Positions 42,701 through 53,000 of a DNA stretch of 64,000 nt are shown in pieces. The DNA comes from Octopus bimaculoides (taxonomy: Eukaryota). Every line of letters begins with the position of its first letter. The first letter of the stretch is position 1. The DNA is taken from positions 96,035,740 through 96,099,739 of the forward strand of contig NC_068988.1 of assembly GCF_001194135.2 (NCBI RefSeq), in the 5' to 3' direction. The notes under the pieces were generated by a model that was not told the DNA's origin, did not search any database, and saw nothing but the letters and a program-made list of their open reading frames with translations. The translations under genes and the position numbers were made by a program.

Positions 42701-45452
42701 TCTTTGTGTAGAAGGTAAAGTCAGAGAGAGAGATGTTCTACCTCTCATTAAATTTTATGAAAGGTAGGTAGGAGTGGCAAAACTATGACTAATTGGGCCG
42801 ACAATAACTTTGCATTGTAATTTAGCAGCAAAAACTGGGGGACGGCACTTAGCTTTGCTGTGCAAAGGAAATTTGGGTGCCTTAAATTGACTTAATGTTC
42901 TTGCCTCCTCATCTTATTCTTATTATGTATTTATTAATTTGTCTTTATTGTTATCATTGATCTCACCTTTTTTTTACTCAGTGTAAATCCTCCTGTTTCT
43001 TGTTTGTATTTAGCCTTTGTACTCTCCCAGCATCTTGGGCCTTTCTGGCCAATAAAAGAAATCACCACGACCACCACCACCATTATTAGACAATGGATTG
43101 GCAGATGGTCATGAAAAAGCTATGTGGTATTTGTTCTGGTTCTTTGTATTCTTAGTTCAAATTCTGCTGCTGTTAACTTTGCTTTTATCCATTAAGGGTG
43201 GAGGGATAGGTACCACTCATGTACTAGGGGCAATAGTATTGGCTAATCCCCTCCCCTCTAGATTACAGTCTTTGCGTGCCTCAATCCGAAACCAATATTG
43301 TTGTTATTATTCAGAGTGATTGTAAATATGGTATTTCTGAAGACATGTTCTATGCCTGGCTTTACAAAGAACCCCAAACATTGGTCTGGTTGCCAACCCT
43401 TCACAGAATTGTCACTACAGAATCTGGTAAGATTTCTATCTGTCACCATTTCTCTTAGCCTTTTTTTTTTTTTAATGTTTACCAGACATACGGCAGCAAA
43501 CTGGCAGAATTGTTAGCACATGGGACAAAGTGCTTTGTGGCATTTGGGTCCCATCTTTACATTGAGTCGACTACAAAATCCTGCTGAAGAAATTGTCCAA
43601 CATTGGAGTCCGTGGAAAGCTGCTGCAGTGGATAAAGTGTTTCCTGACGAACAGAAACCAACATATTGTGTTTTAGGGAATACGATCCAGCTCAGCCAAA
43701 GTCAGTAGTGGTGTCCCACAAGGTACTCTGTTGGACCCACTCCTCTTCATTATTTACATCAACGATATCATAGATTTCATCAAACATTCTACATTGAAAA
43801 TCTTTGCAGATGATTCCAAACTCCAGAAAGCCATGAACGGTATGGGAGACCAAACATGCTTTCAGTTGGATCTGTTTGCTATTGTCCAGTGGGCGGAGAA
43901 AAACAATTTGCTTTTAAATGAAGATAAGTTTGATTTGATCCACTTTGGGAAGGAGGAAACTCTGAAATTACCATATGCTCTTCCCTCGGGCAACTCCCTA
44001 GTGTCATCCAACAACGCCAGAGATCTTGGAGTAATTGTTGATAACAATCTAAGCTGGAGTTCCCACGTAAACAGCAAGGTTGACTTGGCTCGCAAGATGT
44101 GCTCCTGGATTCTGAGAATTTTCCGGTCTAGAGATGCCCACACCATCATCCTTCTCTACTCTACTTTGCCCGACCCTACCTTGAATACTGCCCCCCCCCC
44201 ATACGAAGCAACTCATTATGAAAGTGGAAGCACTCCAGAGGTCAATAACAAGAAAGATAGACAACATGAGAGGCATTGATTATTAGGGGCGACTTAAAAA
44301 ACTCAATCTCTGCTCTCTCCAACGCTGCCGGGAGCACTACAACATTTGTATGATGTGGAAAATATTCCATCAATATTGCACAAATGATGTTGGCATCAAT
44401 TTTAAAATCCATCCAAGACTTGGCCCCCGTACAATCCGTCCACTACAAAAAACAAACTCAGGACACATAACAACATTACGTCACAATTACTTTACCTCAA
44501 CCAGTCCAGCTCTCTTTAATACCATACCAAAACACGTCAAAACGGAAACGGATCCCATAAAATTCAAAAGTTCACTGGACAAATTTCTTCAAAAAATCCC
44601 GGACCAACCTCCTACACCCGGATATGTCTCCAACACTAATAACTCTTTGTTAGAGTGGACCATGGTGCCCCATATAGGACTAAAAGACATCACCAGGTGG
44701 CGCTATTGAGTTAGACATGGACTGGGCCTGTACTGGCCGAAACCTATCAAAGTTATACATGTATATATGTATATATATGTATATATATGTATATATATAT
44801 TGCTGTGTTCATTTTTTTTTATATATTATATTATTACCCTGTCAACTTGTGGCTAAAGTTTTCTCCATCAATCTTGGTGTTTAGAAATTTGTTTTTTTTT
44901 TTTTGCTTCTTCATTTATATGTGCCATGTCAGTTTTACAAAACCAGTGAGTTGAGACATCTTTCTGTATTATTTCAGTTAAACATGAAGTCAAATGTAGC
45001 ATCTGCAAAGATTTCCCAATCATTGGATTCCGGTAAGTAATCTCTTATATTCTTCATTTTAAAATAGCCCCGCTCCCCCTCCTCCTCCTTAAAACAGATT
45101 AGTCTCCTTTAAAGAGAAGACATCAATCTATCTTGGTCATCTTATCTTTTTTTTTAAAAATGTCAATTTATTTAAATGCAAGCCAACTAATGGCTCAGTG
45201 GCTGCACAGTAAATAAGCAGCCATTGCTTATTTCTATATCACCTTACAGCTAGGTGGACTGAGCTGTTAAAAATCCCATGTCTTGTCCATCCTCTCTTAA
45301 TTCATGTCTTTGTACTTTTACCATTTCATTATTGCAGCTATCGGTGCCTTAAGTGTTTCAAATTCGATATATGTCAACAATGTTTCTTCAACGGTAAAAC
45401 CAAAGGCAAACACAAACTCAAGCATCCTCTGAAGGAATTTTGTGCTGTTGTG

Positions 45453-45494
<42 letters not shown>

Positions 45495-46990
45495 GACTGA
45501 ATAAATTGTTGTTGTTGTTACTGTATTTTTTAAATTACTGTTTTTGTTGTGATTCATTTACTGCCTCTGAGAATCCATGGAATTGGTGGCAAAGTTTATT
45601 ACTAAATTTGTGATATTTGTTTCAGTTCCTGCTGAGCAATGAAGTGATGGTCATTAATCCACAAATAATTTAATCCACAAATCCGTCATTTCTAACTCAT
45701 TTCTAAGGCATTGACACTTTATTTCGTGGAAAGACACTTTTCAGGCCAAGGATGTCTTGATTAAATGAAGGTTTACATTGTCACAAGGGGGTACTTGTTG
45801 ACACATGGAAGATTCGATCAGAATATATACACACACACATGCACACACAAACAAACGAACAAACGTTATTTTGGATTTGATCCCATTTGATACTGAAGTT
45901 TTGAGTGATATATCTGTGACAGGAATCGTATTAAATAACTAAATAATGGCTGGTGTATGAGATGTAGCAAGATTAACAGGAATGGTTGACAGTGATGTCG
46001 TAATTATTGCAGAAAGAATACCAAGAAGTGTTTTGTGTTTAGCACTAATTTGTTTCATTAATGCCAAATGTTCCTTTTACAGGCCAGCACCAAACAAGAT
46101 ATGAAAGCATTCCTAATTACTGTGAGAAACAACTTGAGTAAAAAACACAGGTACAAACGTCGAGTGAAGTACCTACCTGTGGATAATTGCAACAGCAGTA
46201 TTGGAGGCGGCAGTGACACAATGTAAGTGCCATGATTTTCTTTGAAACTGCATGTTGTGTAGGTTAGCCAGGAAGATAATACATTTCTGGCATTTTGTAT
46301 TCATTTACGTTAAAAATGGAATTGTGTGTTTAAACCCCCCCTCTCTCTCACACACACACACACACACACAAGATGATCTGTTGTAACCCACCCAGAAAGT
46401 GGCAATTGGGAACCACCTTTGTGTCCTCCTCCAAGTTAGTGCACCAACCACTATCATGCTGACCAGTCTTGGAGAACATGGACACAACCTCTTCCTCCAG
46501 ACCCAACTAAAAATAACTGTGGTTTTATGTTGGAACAGAATAAACTGCTCCATTGAGTTTATCTCATTCTTTTAACTGACAAAGATTCTCCGTTACTTTA
46601 ATCATCTCTCAGATCTGTTTCATCTGATCCAGATTCATTGCCTCTCTTCATGACTTCGTTGTTCTTAAATTCTCGAGATTTCACATTACAGGTCCACTGC
46701 ATCAACTCGGAGGTCGACAATGTACGAAGAACAGGTTTCTCGGCTTACCACAAGTCATGCATCTGATAGTGCTTCCAGTGCTCCAGCCAGGCTTTGTGAA
46801 ATGGAACATCCAACCAGAGCAAAGCAAATGTGTTCAAAGTCTTTACAAACTGATAATTTGACGGTAGCAGTCAGTGTCCATAATAAGGTAAGAAGCAACA
46901 CTTCCATGTCTCTCTCTCTTGATATACATTCACAACAATAAATAAATGGTAATTTATTGTTCAATCAGGAAAGTTTGATAATTGATGTTG

Positions 46991-47027
<37 letters not shown>

Positions 47028-50000
47028 CTGAAGCAGAAATTGTTGTCATTGACTTAGATTAATTATAAGATTATTAAGAAATTGTGCTCTTGTTCATTAA
47101 AATTCCTGTTGGTTCAATGTAATCATTGATTACATTTTCATAAAATGCTTGTTACACTGCTTATTATGCAGAATAATTCTAAATCTTTACTTTTTATAGG
47201 AAAACCGTACACCATCTCCAACAGAAACAGTAGCTTTGCAACAAGTACAGGAACTCCAGAAGATTATTCGAGATTTGGAGTCTGAAAACCGGTAAATGTT
47301 GCCCATTTTTTTGCAAATTGTGTTAATTGGTTTGATTCTGCAACCAAATAATTATTATATACATCTCTTTACTTCATTAGACTTGAGTAGAATTGTAACA
47401 AGGGCATTGATGTATCCATCAATGGATCTGTTGCATGTATTTCATGCACATTCTTGCAACACCCAATCAGGCAGTACTGTCGTCGGCCACGACAGCGATT
47501 TCACTTGCCTCAACAGGTCTTTGCAAGCATAGTTTATTGCCCAATGATTGAAGGGTACTCTTAAATGGGCTGGTTTCACACCACTGGCATAGGCCATGGT
47601 TATGGTCTCACTTGGCTTGCCGAACAAGTCACCGTTTCTTGTCACAACTGATTAAATATCTTGGAGTAGTTTGTGGCTATGTATTTTCTCTCATGTGTAT
47701 ATTGAAACCTGCTTAATTTATTGTCCTTTCAGAAATCTATATCGGCAGTTGGCTGAAATTCGAGATAATGGAACAGATAGCTGTAGCAGCTTATCATATG
47801 GTGAAGACATTGAAATGGAGAAAGAATTGGTTGAAGCTAAAAAGGAAGTTGTGGACGACCATAATCTAAGGCTGAATAAACAGCTGAATCGAGTTCATGT
47901 CATGCTGAAGGTAAAAAAAAAAAAAAAAAAAAAAATTACAGGGGTTGGATGAAATAATGGAAACGCCTTAAAATTTCAAACAAATTTATTTTAATGTGGA
48001 GTAGGACCGCCTTTGGCAGTAATTATAGCTTGAATTCTACAAGGTATGGACTTGTACAAAGTTTGAATTGTTTCCAAAGGAATTTTTGTCCATTCTTCAT
48101 CTGAAACAGTCTCCAATTCTTGTAGTGGAGGATATCGATTTCTTACTTGTTTTTCTAAAATGCACCATAAATGTTCAATAGTATTGAGATCTGGGGACTG
48201 TGGTGGCCAGATAAGATATCTGATATCTGAAAAGAAACAGCAATTTTAGCAAAACATATTAAGCAACTCTAATAATAAATCAAAAAAACATAAAATTAAA
48301 CAAGCTTTTGACGGTTTTATAGATATTTCAAAATTATGATGCTAGGTGTTTCCATTATTTTGTTCAACCCCTGTAGAATCAAATATAATTTGAAATGGTT
48401 GTGATAATGCAAGTTGGTAGAGGTGGGGTTCTGGTATAGGAAATGAGAAATGAGTGAGAGTGTGTGATAGACTGGGAATGGTATGAAATGACGGAGCCAG
48501 AAACTGAGGTGTAGCAGTTGGACAAGTTGTTCGTTAATTAAGGTAACATTTGCATAGTTCTTATATTTGAAAACCTGTCAGGCAGAATTGAAATTGGAAT
48601 ATATTTTCATTAAAGGAGAAAAAAAAGAGAAAATAGAAAGCTTCTGACAATGCACAAATTTCACAAAATCCTTATATTTCAGAAACAATCTGGGAAATGT
48701 CCATTTATACAGGTTCCATTAATCCCTTTCTTCAATGTTACAATACTTCAAGCAAACTACAACACTTTTATAGTTTCATTAATTTGAGCAAAAAAGAGCA
48801 ATGTCTATAACTTTTTTTCAGTTTCCTTCAGCTGTAAGGCAGGGATTATTTGGTTGGGATTAATGTAAATCCTGCTTAGTTTGAATAGTTAAAGATTAGT
48901 GTGCTTGGAGTTCGTTAATTAGAATTGTTAATTATGTTCTTGATTTCCGTCATTATTTGCTCCATTAATTGTACAATTGAATGAAATTCCTTTGCTATGT
49001 AAATACTGTTCTCTTTCTTGGCTGACATTTTTGTCTACTGAAAAATATGAAGAACAATTAAAACATTTGGCATTGTTAAAATTACAGAATTCCAGATTAC
49101 TATAAAATATGACAAACTGGAGTTAATAGCAATAATAGATAAAATTAACATGATACTGATTTTTCATTTTTACAATTTGTGTTAATTGATGCTCCCATCA
49201 CCATCGAGGATTTCTTTCAGAGACAAAAGTTGTTTTGTGTGCATTTTTGTACATTTTCAATAAACTGTGTTTGTAAATGTAAAATGAATCTTCTCTGTTT
49301 CCTTGTAGAATAATGCAGCAACTGAAAAATACCAAAATCCAGTGCTAGCAAATGGAACTAACCATAATAATTCACCTTTAAAAAATGGTTACCACTTAAA
49401 GAATGGTTATAATCTTGCTAATGGATTCCATATTCCACAGAATGGTTTTAAACCACAGACAATAACTCCATTTACAAATGGTTACAAGTCATATAATGGC
49501 CTGCAAACCCAAAATGGTTATAAACTACCAAATGGTTTCCTTCAACAAACTAATCCTCAAAATGTATTTCCAATTCAGAATGGTTTTCAAACCTCCAATA
49601 ATTACCAGTTCCAAAATGACCATTCTTCACAAGGTGGCTTCACTTTACAGAATGGGTCAGAGCATCCTGCACTTCTTAAAGAACCACCACCTTATTCCAA
49701 CATGACCAGCGTACCTGAAATAGACATTAATTTTGACCAGTCCACCATTGACTCAACTCATAAGTTTGATGTTTCTTCACCATGTTCCTCAATTATTTCT
49801 CCAAGTGAGGCAGAGGAGGAAATGGACAAATTGGTGAAAAAATTGAGAGCATTTCCACAGAATCATTCTTACTCAGGTAAGTGTGTGTGTGTGTGTAAAC
49901 AGAAGTTAATTGAAACCCCCTGATCAAATATCTATCCAGGGTTCCATGTGTTGTAGAGAATAATGCCAGACGGTCTGTTTTGATCTGTGATGCCAAATGT

Positions 50001-53000
50001 CGTATGTTACCTGGTCGAATTAATGAGTGCAGAGAAAGTAGATGGAGTGAAAACTCTAGAACAAATAGATGGATTGGGGATTTAAGGTCCTGCTTCTGTT
50101 GACTATGGAAGCTTTACTTCTTCATGCAAAAGGTAGATTTTACAGAAAGAGAAACCTTTGGTGCCAAAAAAAAAAACTTCACATTTCCTAGACTTGTTGA
50201 ATATCTCCCTTTTAAATAATCTATATTCAAGTTGAAGGAATCGCTGAATGACCACCCAAACGGTTTCACTACAGAAATAATAAATTTTTAAAACCCTATT
50301 ATTGAAAAAATCTTGTGCAGCATTTGTCTGTACCTGATTTAGATAAGGGAGGTAACTGTTCATCAGTAAAAGGGAAGTAAGCCATGATTTTACTTTAATG
50401 TAAGACTCCTCGTCATTGGTTTTTCTGTTGAGTGAAACGGCCATGTTTCCAGAGGTGAATTATTCAAACCCCAAAGAATTCCTTTCAATACATGGCTATG
50501 ATGCTCCCCAACTACTGCTGCACGTATCATCAGCCACCAAGGGACATGCTCAGCTGGTTATGGTCAAACAACTGACAAGCAAATCTGTGGTGTAGAGCAG
50601 AATATTTGCTGTAGCCCATCTTTTATACCAAGACAAATCAATGTTCAGGATAATACTTCCAAGCAGTTAAGATGTGAAGCCATGAGAGCCACTGCCTGGG
50701 ACTGCATCCATGCAATTATTATTTTTATCATTATTATTATTATTATTCCTCTTCCTCCTCCTCCTCTTCTTCTTCTTGCAATCCAATCAGTTGGTACATC
50801 ATTTTTTTCTCTTCATCAAATGGCAAAGTGTGTACGTATTTTGTTCCTTCTGCTTCGAACCTGTGTCCAGCTGGAGCTGTAGCCTTGAATCTCTTTTATT
50901 TCTGTATCAAAATGTGTTACTTTGTAGACAAAGATGGTGACTCCATATCTTCTAGTTCTTGTTCATATTTTTCGGCTGAAAAAGACTTTTCATATTCAAG
51001 TAAGATGACATCACCTGCACGTGCACTCATTTACACACACACACTCATGCGCGCACATGCACATTAGATACTTTACACAAAAATATTTATTTGTATTGCG
51101 AGATATATATTATAAATGGCTTCTGCTGTTTTGTTAGCTTTTTTTTTCTATCTATTTATTCAAATGAAATAATTTTGAATGTAAGGTTCTGCAACCAAAA
51201 AATTGCTCTTTAAGAAAGTTTATGACAACAGCTTTTTTATGCGAATCTTTACTCTATAAACTTTACTTTTCCTCATTGATATTCTTCTTGTTTGTCTGTT
51301 TATTACTTGGATGTATAAGTTTATACACATATACAGCTGATGGAAGCATAGTTCTGCGTCCAGTACAAGCAATCATCATCGTTTGACGTCCACTTTCCAT
51401 GCTGGCATGGGTAGGACGGTTTGACTGGGGGCTGGCAAGCCAGGAGGCTGCACCAGGCTCCAATCCGATCTGGCAAAGTTTCTACAGCTGGATGCCCTTC
51501 CTAATGCCAACCACCCCGAGAGTGTAGTGGGTGCTTTTTATGTGTCATTGGCACGAGCGCCAGTCAGGCAGTACTGGCATCGACTACGCTTGAATGGTGC
51601 TTTGTATGTGCCACCAGCATGGGGAACCAATCAGGCAGAACTATGTATGTATGTACCTGGTCAGTTCATTTTTATAGTAATCTGATATTAATTTTATGGA
51701 GCACTGTAGTGGTAGACTTTATATTTAAAAAAATGTATTTGTTTCATTGGAAAGTATTTCATGTGTGCACACACGCATACAAATTGCTTTAACGAGTAAT
51801 TACGTCCATGTTGTAGTCTTGTTATTTCAGTAGCTTCCACCACTCAACACTGCTTCTTTTGTAATTCACTGAAGAAAAGTATTAATCTCTTTGTGTGGTT
51901 GACTTTTCCACTTCACTTTTGCTACTATAATGTTGTTGGAAATGCATGAATGTCACATAATCTCATCTTTTTATAAATGGTGATGACTTATGGATGAACG
52001 AAAAACTCAAAAGGTTGATTAATTTTAATTACTTGTTTTAAAAACATTACCATATACGTGTGTAATAAGTGACACATAAGGTCCACGGCCACCATCATCA
52101 TCGTCATCACTATTATCATGTGTGTATCTCATAACTATCTGAAAAATAAATGGTGGATTGTGAAATCTTTAGAATTTCCGAATTATGCTGACAGGCATGA
52201 CATGGTTAATATTTCTGCTGCAATAAAGACATACTATCATTCTATCAGACTCCTGCTTTCTGTTAGGAAAGGTCTTGACTCTAAAGTCCTAATCCCAAAA
52301 CTCTTTTAATCTGTATCAGAAGACATCGAAGTACAGCTGACATGTTCTTCATTACTCAGCACTAAATTCCTGAGAAATGCAGAGAGCAATCTTTGTGGAT
52401 GTATTGATTCCTGTTGGGTGTTCTCAAAGTCTGGATGGCCACCCATATTTGTAATGCTTGAGTTGTTGTTAATGGAGAGATCGTTTAACAACTGTTTGTT
52501 GAGTGTGATCTTGTAGCTCATACTCCAGACACTTCTACGAGTCATCATTGCAGCAGCTGTTAAAGTTTATAAGTGAATAAGCCTGACAGAACCATCCAGA
52601 AAACTGGGGTCTTCTGCCAATGGCATCGTCTCTCTTCTTCACTTTCTAAGTACGAGAGCAACAACAAACCACATCCTCTCAGTTTACAGGCAGCATTATC
52701 TTCAATGTCTCTACACTGGATGAGGAGATTGTAAACTGCTTCAGGCAGGCTTCTGTACGCTTTGGAGAGTTCGGAAAGAAAGAGTTTCTAGTGTTCGTGG
52801 GGAACAACGAACTTAGTTTTGTGATGAAAGGAGTCTTTGTATAAGACTTAAGATTTATATTTGGATTTTGAAACAAAATACTCAATGACATAAACAGTAG
52901 AGCTTATTAGTGTGTGTGTGTGTGTGAGCGGTGCTTGTGTGTATGTGTGGGTATAAACATTCAGATAACACATACATAATATACTCCTAAATAAATATGT

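Noticed and set aside
49478-49705. Overlapping alternative-frame ORF in the repeat exon
   Set aside because: A by-product of the repetitive, stop-poor exon; it has no independent splice or start support.
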